From the NCBI GenBank assembly GCA_036231405.1, contig JAZAHK010000009.1:1-23268 (forward strand): a DNA stretch of 23,268 nt, read 5' to 3'. The notes under the pieces were generated by a model. The model worked only from the letters and a program-made list of their open reading frames with translations. It ran no database searches and was not told the DNA's origin. Positions 1 through 7,803 of the stretch are shown here, piece after piece (the first letter of the stretch is position 1; each line of letters starts with the position of its first letter). A program made the translations under genes and the position numbers. Origin of the DNA: Nitrospinota bacterium (GTDB taxonomy: Bacteria > UBA8248).

Positions 1-17
1 TAAGATTCGTCTCTTAG

Positions 18-104
18 AAAAAAATCGTGATCCCAGGTCTACCCACCTTTAAGCTGGATAGACTCGGGCGGAGGGACCACAATCAAAGTTTTCAAAATTT
101 GGAA
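18..104 (-). ncRNA. Candidate structured small RNA or leader/attenuator (long bulged hairpin followed by U7), family not recognised
   Basis: On the minus strand, outer stem GAUUGUGGUC/GAUCACGAUU (plus 75-84 and 23-32), one-sided 7-nt bulge CCUCCGC (68-74), inner stem CCGAGUCUAUCCA/UGGGUAGACCUGG (55-67 and 33-45), loop GCUUAAAGG, then U7 (A run 18-24). Positions 26-80 are 33/55 G+C in an AT-rich background. Most non-Watson-Crick pairs are G-U only on the minus strand. The 5' end is inferred from the promoter. Confidence 0.5.
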
Positions 105-110
105 CTGTAA

Positions 111-139
111 CTTATACTACAGGATTCTTTTTTTTGCAA
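111..139 (-). promoter_or_regulatory. Putative sigma70 promoter TTGCAA-N17-TATAAG, transcribing leftward through the structured element
   Basis: Reverse complement reads TTGCAA AAAAAAGAATCCTGTAG TATAAG, with a 17-bp spacer. Confidence 0.5.
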
Positions 140-235
140 TAATTAATTTATAGTATTTTAAATTCATTTTGGATATATGTAAATTTTTAAAAATAAATAA
201 GAATTTTAAATTCAATTAGATGAAGGGCAATCTTA

Positions 236-1123
236 ATGAAAGATATTAATGTGGGAGTTGTTGGTCTAGGTAATATGGGCAGTGGTGTAGCTCATAATTT
301 CATGAAAAAGGGTGTTTCCTTAAAGGTTTGGGACACAAATGAGGTATTGCATAAGAATTACGTGAAGAAGAAAAATGTTGAAGTTATGCATCCGACTAGT
401 ATGTCAGAGAGGTGTCATGTTGTTTTTTTCGTTGTTCCTAGTTGTGTAGAAGTAGGGACGTATTTAACGGGCAGAAGTTCTATGCTATCTAAACCAAGTA
501 AAAGTCTAATCATTTACGATCTTACAAGTTCAGATCCTAAAGAGTCCAGCAAGCTAGCTAGAAAAGCAAAGAAAAAAGGTGTGGAATATTTGGATGCAGG
601 AATGAGTGGCGGTGCCACTGGTGCAAAGACTGGGACTTTGACATTGATGATTGGTGGGGACAGGAAAGCATTTAACAAAAGTAAAAAAGTTCTCACTTTT
701 TTTGCAAAAAATTCATTCTATCTAGGTGAAAGTGGCTCCGGTCATGTTATGAAATTAATTCACAATATGGTTTGTCATTCAATTTTCCTTTCAACTTGTG
801 AAGGTGGGAAAATGGCAGAAAGAGCCGGAATTAGTCTCAAGGATATGATTGATATATTCAATGTTGCAAATGCGAGAAGTTATGCCAGTCAATTTAGATT
901 TCCTTTGCATATTTTATCTGGAAAATGGGATGCAAAATCCAGAGTTTATAATTTGCATAAAGATGTTGGTATGGCTGTAGAATTAGGAAAAAGTTTAAAT
1001 GCACAAGTAGATTTAGGTGAATCAACTCTGAGATTTCTTAAGAAGGCGATGAGTTTTGGCATGAAGGACACAGATTATTCTCTTCTCTATAAGGACTTTG
1101 AGGAGATACGAAAGAAAAAATAA
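236..1123 (+). CDS. NAD(P)-dependent beta-hydroxyacid dehydrogenase (3-hydroxyisobutyrate dehydrogenase/tartronate semialdehyde reductase family)
   Basis: Rossmann motif GVVGLGNMG, DAGMSGG substrate motif, catalytic Lys motif MKLIHN, C-terminal LHKD; 295 aa; GAAGGG upstream of the ATG. Confidence 0.9.
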   Translation: MKDINVGVVGLGNMGSGVAHNFMKKGVSLKVWDTNEVLHKNYVKKKNVEVMHPTSMSERCHVVFFVVPSCVEVGTYLTGRSSMLSKPSKSLIIYDLTSSDPKESSKLARKAKKKGVEYLDAGMSGGATGAKTGTLTLMIGGDRKAFNKSKKVLTFFAKNSFYLGESGSGHVMKLIHNMVCHSIFLSTCEGGKMAERAGISLKDMIDIFNVANARSYASQFRFPLHILSGKWDAKSRVYNLHKDVGMAVELGKSLNAQVDLGESTLRFLKKAMSFGMKDTDYSLLYKDFEEIRKKK

Positions 1124-1188
1124 GATAGTTTAGTATTTTCCTGATCCATTAAATTGCTGATAATAAAAATTTTACATAGGAATATTTG

Positions 1189-1764
1189 ATGAAACTTGTA
1201 GTTGGAATGACAGGAGCTTCTGGTTCGATTTACGGAGTACGAATGATGGAAATTCTCCATGATTCATTCGCTAATGTTGAAACGCACTTTGTTATTTCTA
1301 AAGCTGGATTAAGAGTGTTGAAGCATGAAACAGAGCTCACAGATAAAGACGTTTCTAAGTATGCTTTTGTGACGCATTCCGATACGAATATAGGAGCAGT
1401 TCCAGCAAGTGGAAGTTCTGGAATGGATGCAATGGTTATTATTCCTTGTTCGGTGAAAACACTTGGTCAAATAGCATGTGGCACGGGAGATAATCTTATC
1501 TGTCGTTCCGCAGACGTTTTTTTGAAGGAAAATAAGAAATTAATTTTAGTTATTCGTGAAATGCCACTTTCAGCGATACATTTAGAGAACATGTTGAAAC
1601 TTTCTAGACTTGGAGTTTCTATCATTCCAGCGTCTCCTGGTTTTTATCATGAACCTAAAAAAATGGATGACCTCATCAATCATGTAGTGGGGAAGACTCT
1701 GGATGCACTGGGATTAGAACATGATATTTTTAAAAGATGGACTGGACAGAAAAAACAGGATTAA
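1189..1764 (+). CDS. ubiX: Flavin prenyltransferase UbiX (prFMN synthesis)
   Basis: Motifs VGMTGASG, ASGS, PCSVKTL, RSADVFLKE, REMP, PGFY and C-terminal RW. ATG at 1189 is 7 nt after AGGA; the track used TTG at 1186. Confidence 0.93.
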   Translation: MKLVVGMTGASGSIYGVRMMEILHDSFANVETHFVISKAGLRVLKHETELTDKDVSKYAFVTHSDTNIGAVPASGSSGMDAMVIIPCSVKTLGQIACGTGDNLICRSADVFLKENKKLILVIREMPLSAIHLENMLKLSRLGVSIIPASPGFYHEPKKMDDLINHVVGKTLDALGLEHDIFKRWTGQKKQD

Positions 1765-1810
1765 TCTTTCTTCAGTATGTAAATTTAATTCATTGGTGCT
1801 CTTTTTATAG

Positions 1811-1839
1811 TTGATCTTAAATAGAAGATTGTCTATCAT
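1811..1839 (+). promoter_or_regulatory. Putative sigma70 promoter for the TAXI-TRAP genes, TTGATC-N17-TATCAT
   Basis: Hexamers and 17-bp spacer read directly, about 85 nt upstream of the likely start codon. Confidence 0.4.
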
Positions 1840-1923
1840 TTTGTCCAACCAAAAAGTGTACTTATTTTGCCTGTGAATTTTAACGGGTGTGCTACTGATC
1901 TGAATCTTATAGGAGGAATTATT

Positions 1924-2919
1924 GTGAATTTAGGAAGAAAAGTGTTTTTGCTTGTTTTGGTTTTGGTGTTTGCTTTTAGTTTCACCGCTTCGGGTGTTTA
2001 TGCTGCTAAAAGGGTGAAGACTGCTGTTGCAACTGCAGGTCCAGGTGCTGCAGCGTATGTTATTTGGGGTGGATTGGCTGCTTTAATTTCTAAAGAATCT
2101 AAAACAGTTGAAATGAATAATTTGACCACAAGAGGTGCAGTTGAAGATATTCGTTTAGTAGAATCAGGGAAGGCAGAATTTGGTTTAGGTGTTGCTACAC
2201 TTCTTCGCTTGGCTTTTGCCGGGAAGAAAATGTTCAAAAAGAAATACACAAACAATTGTGGTCTTGGACCAGCTACTGCTTCTAAATTTCATATTGGTGT
2301 TAAGAAGAGTTCGGGAATCAAAAAAGTTGCTGATCTAAAAGGAAAAAGAGTTAGTTATGCTAAAAAAGGTAGTAGTACTCACTTTATGACGAGAACTATT
2401 ATTAAGTTGGCAGGACTAAAAGGAAAAGTCAGAGAAGAGAACCTTAACTGGAATGTAGCTGCAGATGCTATTAAAGATGGTAGATTAGATGCATTCACAA
2501 TTCCAAATCCAGTTCCATCACCTGCTTTTATAAAATTCTCTACAGCTCAACCTATCACTCTTTTGCCTGTTGAAGGTAAGATTTTAAAAACAATGTTGAA
2601 AATGAATCCTGCCTATTTTCCAATTACTATTGAAGGTGGGGCATATGATGGTGTAGATAAGCCAGTTCAAACTATTGGATATACAGCATGGACTATCGTT
2701 GGTTGTAATGTTCCTAATGACGTGGTGTATGAAGTAACTCGTTTAAACTATTCTAAAGCAGGGAAATCTTTCTTGTTGAAAGTTCATAAAGGATGGAATA
2801 CTGGTTTCACAATTATGCCTGCCTTAGATCAAATGGCTGCAATCAAGATGAAACTTCATCCTGGTGCTGCTCGATATTGGAAAGAACAAGGACATAAGAT
2901 TCCTGCAGCGATACAATAA
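1924..2919 (+). CDS. TAXI-family TRAP transporter solute-binding protein
   Basis: Perfect AGGAGG at 1911-1916, then in-frame GTG at 1924 (track start 1867 is too long). Sec signal peptide ending VYA|AK. TAXI hallmarks ATAGPG..Y, DLKGKRVS, IKDGRLDAF, VPNDVVYEVT, LHPGAARYWKEQG. Adjacent to a fused permease. Confidence 0.9.
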   Translation: MNLGRKVFLLVLVLVFAFSFTASGVYAAKRVKTAVATAGPGAAAYVIWGGLAALISKESKTVEMNNLTTRGAVEDIRLVESGKAEFGLGVATLLRLAFAGKKMFKKKYTNNCGLGPATASKFHIGVKKSSGIKKVADLKGKRVSYAKKGSSTHFMTRTIIKLAGLKGKVREENLNWNVAADAIKDGRLDAFTIPNPVPSPAFIKFSTAQPITLLPVEGKILKTMLKMNPAYFPITIEGGAYDGVDKPVQTIGYTAWTIVGCNVPNDVVYEVTRLNYSKAGKSFLLKVHKGWNTGFTIMPALDQMAAIKMKLHPGAARYWKEQGHKIPAAIQ

Positions 2920-2927
2920 CTACTTTT

Positions 2928-2970
2928 ATAATTCCCCCCCCCCAAGTTTTTTATGGGGGGAATTATTTTT
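2928..2970 (+). terminator. Intercistronic stem-loop with short U-tract (intrinsic terminator or mRNA stabiliser) after the binding-protein gene
   Basis: ATAATTCCCCCC (2928-2939) pairs with GGGGGGAATTAT (2955-2966) and is followed by TTTT. Confidence 0.7.
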
Positions 2971-3034
2971 CCCTCTAAATTTAAGAAATTGAATACTTCC
3001 ATTAAGTTTTTCAATATCTTTTGTGAGAAAATCT

Positions 3035-5248
3035 ATGTCGCAAATTAGTGCTTTTTTTGAAAAAATTAGAGGAGTATTGGGTGCGGGTTTACCTGAGACT
3101 AGGGAACTAAGTGGTGCTTATCTATGGCTTTTTCGAGTATTAGGTTTTATCTTTGCAGTTTATTTTTTGTTTGGGGCCGTGAACGGTAGTTTTACTCTAT
3201 TTGGACCTAGAACCTGGTCTGGGTTGCAAGATTTGCGAACACTTGAATTTCCATATTTAGTTGAAGTGGGAATGTATGAATTTAGTAAGAACTTATATGG
3301 GGAACAGTTCATGCTTCCTCTCTTTATATTTTTCACTTGTGCTCTGACTTTTATGATTTATCCTGCAAGAGAAAACTCTCCAAAACAAAGACCTTCTTCT
3401 GTTGATCTGACCTTCATTGTTTTGTCTTTTCTTGTCCTTTGCGATTTTATATATTTCTATGAACTAAGGGGTGATAGGGCAGGAATCGTAGTAGACACCG
3501 GTTTCTGGGGTAATGATGTTTTGTTCGGTTTTGTCGCTGCAGTTCTTGTTTGGGAATGTTGTAGACGCGTGCTTGGCATGGTTTTGCCCGTCGTAGCATT
3601 CGTTTTTCTGTTTTATGACTGGGCTGGGAACTGGTTCCCTGGAATTATTGCACATAAAGGTAATGACTTCGGATATGTAATGAGTTATTTGTATAGTCAA
3701 GAAGGTATCTATGGAATTATCACTAGAGTTTATGCTCAGGTAGTTTTCATCTTTATGATTTTTGGTGCTCTGCTTGAGGCTACTCGCGTTGGAGATGTTT
3801 TTGTGAACCTTTCTTTTGCGTTGGTGGGCCGTTATAAAGGTGGTGCTGCTAAAGCATCCGTAGTTTCAAGTGGACTTGTTGGTTCTATTGTCGGAAGTGG
3901 TGCTGCTAATATCGTTATAACAGGAACTTTCACGATACCCTTAATGAAAAAAGGTGGTTTTAGACCAACCTTTGCTGCTGCGACGGAGGCAGTCGCAAGT
4001 ATTGGAGGGCATTTAATGCCTCCAATCATGGCCTCAACTGCTTTTATTCTTGCCGCGATGACGGAGACCCCATATTGGAGAATTGCACTTATTAGTCTTG
4101 TTCCCGCACTTTTGTACTATCTCTCTGTTTTTATGTCGGTGCATTTTTATGCTACTCGACATGGATTGCGTGGTCTTGAAAAAGAAGAACTTCCCGATTT
4201 TTGGAAGATTATGAGAGAAGATGGAATTCTTCTTGTTCCCGTTGCCATTTTGATTGGACTTCTTATCCTGCAATTTTCTCCATTTTTTGCTGGTTTTTGG
4301 GCAATAGTTTCCGCAATTGTTTTTAGCACTATTAGAGAAAAATGTTGGTATCTTTTAGGGGTGCAAGCTTTAGTTTTTCTAGCGAGTCTAATCAAGGGCG
4401 GTAATATGCTTTATGTTTATACAGCCATTGCATGTCTCCTAGCATTGAGACAGAAGCAATCCAAAGAAATTATGACTAGGATAGCTGGGGCTTTCGTGCA
4501 GGGGTCAAAAAATTCTCTTGTAATAGGAGCTACAGCAGGAGTGATGGGGTTGGTATTAACTGGTGTTACACACCCTGACCTAGCACAAAAAATGACATTG
4601 ATTATTTTGTCGTATTCGTACGATATGATTTGGCTAGCCGTTATTCTAGTCGCACTTGCCAGCTATATCCTTGGTATGGGGATGACTATTACAGCAAGTT
4701 ATATACTAATCATTATTTTGGCAGGTCCTGCGTTACAAGAACTTGGCCTTAAGATGTTGACTTCTCATATGATCGTTTTATGGCTTAGCCAAGACGCAGC
4801 ATTAACACCACCCTTTGCGTTAGGAGCATTTGTTGCCGCGGGAATTGCAAAATGTGATCCAATGAGAACGGGATTTACTTCTTTGAAGTTGGCAAAACCT
4901 CTTTATGTTGTACCTCTCCTAATGGCTTATACTCCTATTTTGATGGATAGTCCAAATCCAAAAATGACTGTTGAATGGACAGCTGTTTTGTTGGTATGGC
5001 TAGGAGCTAGTTTAGGGTTTATATGTTCTGCTGCAGTTCTAGAAGGGCAGTTTATAAGAAAATTGACTGCTTTAGATCGAGTTTTATTGTCAATTGCTTC
5101 CCTTCTACTTTTCTGGGAACAATTGGGTGGTTGGGGTAGGATATGGTTTAATTCTTTAGGACTAATATTTATGGTTGTTTCACTTTTAATTCAAAAATAT
5201 AGTAATTCCGATGAATTGCAAGAAAACTCCAGGCTATCTCTAGGATAG
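3035..5248 (+). CDS. TRAP transporter fused permease (4TM/12TM, TAXI-associated DctQM-type)
   Basis: Highly hydrophobic, about 740 aa. Motifs GRYKGGAAKASV, GSGAANIVITGTFTIPLMKKGG, EAVASIGGHLMPPIM, LGMGM, LTPP. Start is ATG 3035 or GTG 3023. Confidence 0.92.
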   Translation: MSQISAFFEKIRGVLGAGLPETRELSGAYLWLFRVLGFIFAVYFLFGAVNGSFTLFGPRTWSGLQDLRTLEFPYLVEVGMYEFSKNLYGEQFMLPLFIFFTCALTFMIYPARENSPKQRPSSVDLTFIVLSFLVLCDFIYFYELRGDRAGIVVDTGFWGNDVLFGFVAAVLVWECCRRVLGMVLPVVAFVFLFYDWAGNWFPGIIAHKGNDFGYVMSYLYSQEGIYGIITRVYAQVVFIFMIFGALLEATRVGDVFVNLSFALVGRYKGGAAKASVVSSGLVGSIVGSGAANIVITGTFTIPLMKKGGFRPTFAAATEAVASIGGHLMPPIMASTAFILAAMTETPYWRIALISLVPALLYYLSVFMSVHFYATRHGLRGLEKEELPDFWKIMREDGILLVPVAILIGLLILQFSPFFAGFWAIVSAIVFSTIREKCWYLLGVQALVFLASLIKGGNMLYVYTAIACLLALRQKQSKEIMTRIAGAFVQGSKNSLVIGATAGVMGLVLTGVTHPDLAQKMTLIILSYSYDMIWLAVILVALASYILGMGMTITASYILIIILAGPALQELGLKMLTSHMIVLWLSQDAALTPPFALGAFVAAGIAKCDPMRTGFTSLKLAKPLYVVPLLMAYTPILMDSPNPKMTVEWTAVLLVWLGASLGFICSAAVLEGQFIRKLTALDRVLLSIASLLLFWEQLGGWGRIWFNSLGLIFMVVSLLIQKYSNSDELQENSRLSLG

Positions 5249-5278
5249 TAGTCATAGTTTCGTGTTGGTTTTTTATTG

Positions 5279-6025
5279 CTAGTCTGTCCAGAATCCTCCG
5301 TTAACGTCGAGTCCTTCTCCATTGATGTGTGCTGATTCTTCGCTTGCAAGGTATAGCACTGAGGACCATACATCTTCTGGTGTGGTAAGTCTTCCCATTG
5401 GATGAGATTGTTCAGCTTTTTCTAACATACCGGGTGGAGATTCAAAATGCAGTCCTGTGTCAGCGGGGCCAGGCATGATGCAATTTACAGTTACTCCTGT
5501 TTTTGCTAATTCTCTTGCTAGGTTAAATGTCATAGCGAGAAGACCAGCTTTTGCAGCAGAATAGGTAAGATTTGGTCCAATTCCTCCCATTTTCCCTGCA
5601 ATAGATGCAAAGCTAATTATCCTTCCGCTTCCAGAAGATTTAAGTGCTTCTATTGTCTCTTGAATGCAAAAATAAGGAGCCAAAAGATTTACGCTTAACA
5701 CAGGGTCCCAATCTTTTTTTGTTAATTCTAAAGGAGGTCTTATAGGCATGTACCCAGCAATATTACAAAGTACGTCACAACCGCCAAGCCACGTAAGTGC
5801 GTCCTTCATAGTTGTTCTTAGATCTTCTGTTTTGGTTAGGTCACACGCAACTTTTTTTATGTTTTCTGTATCAGGCAAAGAGGAATCAAGAAGAGATTGT
5901 TTGATGTCGGTGGCAAATACTTTTGCCCCTGAGTCTAAGAAGGCTTCAGTAATTCTAACTCCCATTCCACCTGTTGCCCCTGTAAGTATTATTTTTCTGT
6001 TACTGAAATCAAAATGAATCGGCAT
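5279..6025 (-). CDS. Short-chain dehydrogenase/reductase (classical SDR, FabG-like, probably NAD(H)-preferring)
   Basis: TGATGGMG, Asp at the end of beta2 (ATDIK), NIAG, catalytic S and YSAAK, VNCIMPG, VNGG; GGAG RBS. Confidence 0.9.
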   Translation of the reverse strand: MPIHFDFSNRKIILTGATGGMGVRITEAFLDSGAKVFATDIKQSLLDSSLPDTENIKKVACDLTKTEDLRTTMKDALTWLGGCDVLCNIAGYMPIRPPLELTKKDWDPVLSVNLLAPYFCIQETIEALKSSGSGRIISFASIAGKMGGIGPNLTYSAAKAGLLAMTFNLARELAKTGVTVNCIMPGPADTGLHFESPPGMLEKAEQSHPMGRLTTPEDVWSSVLYLASEESAHINGEGLDVNGGFWTD

Positions 6026-6123
6026 TTTTTACTCCGAAAGTTAAAGTGAAATAGTTTTATTTAGGCAATGAAAGTTTTATCATGAGATTTTGGTAGTTAC
6101 AATTCAATAAAGTGCTAAATTTT

Positions 6124-6789
6124 TTATAAATTTTCTTCCTCAAGTTTCAATAATGTTTTTGTTAGAAGCGTTAAGATTTTCCCTCGATGTTCAGATTTCG
6201 AATCCACTTCTTCGCTATCTGGAATAATAGGGTCGCCGAAATTTAATGAGAGTCTTGTTCTATCTGTAAGGAAAGTTTTGATATTGAATAGGGAGTCTGA
6301 ACCTTTTATTGAAACTGGTAAAATAGGAGTATTGTTTAGAGTAGATAACATGCTAATTCCTGGTTTTAAAGTAGTTTCATTTCTTGTTTCTGGGATACCT
6401 CCTTCAGGAAAAATCACTAAACATTCTTTAGATCTTAGAATCTCACTCCCTTTTTCGAGACTTTTTTTAGAAAATCCTTCGCGTTCAATCGGAATAGCTC
6501 CAAATTTAGTTATAAGCTTAGAAAAAAGAAAATTTCTAAACAATTCTTTTTTTGCTAAAAAAAACAAATCTCTAGGGATGAATGCACTTAATATTATTGG
6601 GTCAAGATAACTTAAATGATTGGAAGCAATTATAAAGGAACCTCTAGCTGGGATGTTTTCTATCCCTTTTGTCTTATATCCCGAATAGGCGATCCATAGA
6701 GCCATACGTATTAATTTTTTTGCCCAAAAGGGATGTTTGTTTTTAGATATACTAATTTCAGATATTTTGGATTTATTTAAATCATTCAT
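6124..6789 (-). CDS. plsC: 1-acyl-sn-glycerol-3-phosphate acyltransferase family protein
   Basis: Motifs NHLSYLD (HX4D), FLAKKEL, GAIPIER, IFPEG, PILPV. Confidence 0.88.
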   Translation of the reverse strand: MNDLNKSKISEISISKNKHPFWAKKLIRMALWIAYSGYKTKGIENIPARGSFIIASNHLSYLDPIILSAFIPRDLFFLAKKELFRNFLFSKLITKFGAIPIEREGFSKKSLEKGSEILRSKECLVIFPEGGIPETRNETTLKPGISMLSTLNNTPILPVSIKGSDSLFNIKTFLTDRTRLSLNFGDPIIPDSEEVDSKSEHRGKILTLLTKTLLKLEEENL

Positions 6790-6792
6790 TTC

Positions 6793-7803
6793 CTAGTAAA
6801 GCTCTTCTATAGTTACTATCCTTTTTTCTCTAGAGGAGAGAATGATGGCTTCCAAAACAGCGCTATTTCTTAAGCCGACAACTCCGTCTACCTCAGGAGT
6901 GTAATCTTTAATAATAGATTGTGCGAAATCTGATATTTCTGCAACCAGTGGAGCAGTTACTGGATCTCCTGAAACTTCAAATTCTTCTACTAATTCGCTA
7001 TTGTCTTTTCCCCACAGAGTAATTCTTGTCCCCTCATTTTCAGCGATTGCATTTCCTTCGGTTCCGTAGACTATAGCGTAAAAAACTTTTGGAGTTAACA
7101 TATTAGAGCCGAGATATCCAAATGAGCCTGACTCGAATTCTAGCAATGTTACGGTCACATCTTCTAGATCTGTGTCTGGTTTTACAGACTTGCTATAGGA
7201 AAAAACATTTTTTACAGGTCCTAAAAAATATTGAAGATTGTCAACTTGATGAATTCCTAGTCCTGTCATAGCGCCTGCAGGACTTTCATCTGGATTTGAT
7301 CTCCAACTATCAGGAGAAAGAGTAGAAGCAAATCCATAGGAAAAATTTGCTTCTGCTTGGACAATAGTCCCTAGTTTTCCAGATTGAATCCAATCTTTTA
7401 ATTTCCTGTGTGCTGGCTGAAAACGTCTTTGGTGACCAACAGCTAGTTTTACATTAGCCTTTGAACACGCATCTAAAGCAGTTATTCCTTCTGCTACGTT
7501 AAGAACAAAAGGTTTTTCTACTAAGATATGTTTTTTTGCATTTGCAGCATCTACGATCATACTTGCATGTGTGGAATGTGGTGTTGCAAGAAAAATGGCA
7601 TCTATCTCGGTATCATTTAGAACTCCTTCCCAACTGCCAATTGGTCTGCAATTATGTTTCTTTGCAAATTCATTTCTTGTAGATTCCGTTCTTACAAAAC
7701 AAGCTTCTATTTCCACTCCATTTACTTTTTTTGAAGCATTTACTAGTTCATTCCCCCACCAGCCCAAACCAACGATGCATGTTTTTACTTTTTCCTTTGC
7801 CAT
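6793..7803 (-). CDS. Gfo/Idh/MocA family oxidoreductase
   Basis: Motifs GLGWWG, ATPHSTH, HILVEKP, VGHQRRF, GIHQVD; GGAG RBS; start overlaps the CLC stop (TAATG). Confidence 0.9.
   Translation of the reverse strand: MAKEKVKTCIVGLGWWGNELVNASKKVNGVEIEACFVRTESTRNEFAKKHNCRPIGSWEGVLNDTEIDAIFLATPHSTHASMIVDAANAKKHILVEKPFVLNVAEGITALDACSKANVKLAVGHQRRFQPAHRKLKDWIQSGKLGTIVQAEANFSYGFASTLSPDSWRSNPDESPAGAMTGLGIHQVDNLQYFLGPVKNVFSYSKSVKPDTDLEDVTVTLLEFESGSFGYLGSNMLTPKVFYAIVYGTEGNAIAENEGTRITLWGKDNSELVEEFEVSGDPVTAPLVAEISDFAQSIIKDYTPEVDGVVGLRNSAVLEAIILSSREKRIVTIEELY

Noticed and set aside
23..84. Left-edge hairpin as a T-box antiterminator, tRNA, SRP RNA or S6:S18 leader
   Set aside because: The 7-nt bulge is CCUCCGC, not UGGNACC; there is no cloverleaf and no SRP domain IV motif; the CCG lies 5' of the inner hairpin, unlike the S6:S18 leader arrangement
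236..1123. Sulfolactaldehyde reductase (YihU) or imine reductase
   Set aside because: It has SGG where YihU has the GRT sulfonate motif, and it retains the catalytic Lys that imine reductases replace
1867..1923. Track N-terminal extension of the TAXI protein
   Set aside because: AGGAGG plus GTG at 1924 gives a proper signal peptide at the N-terminus
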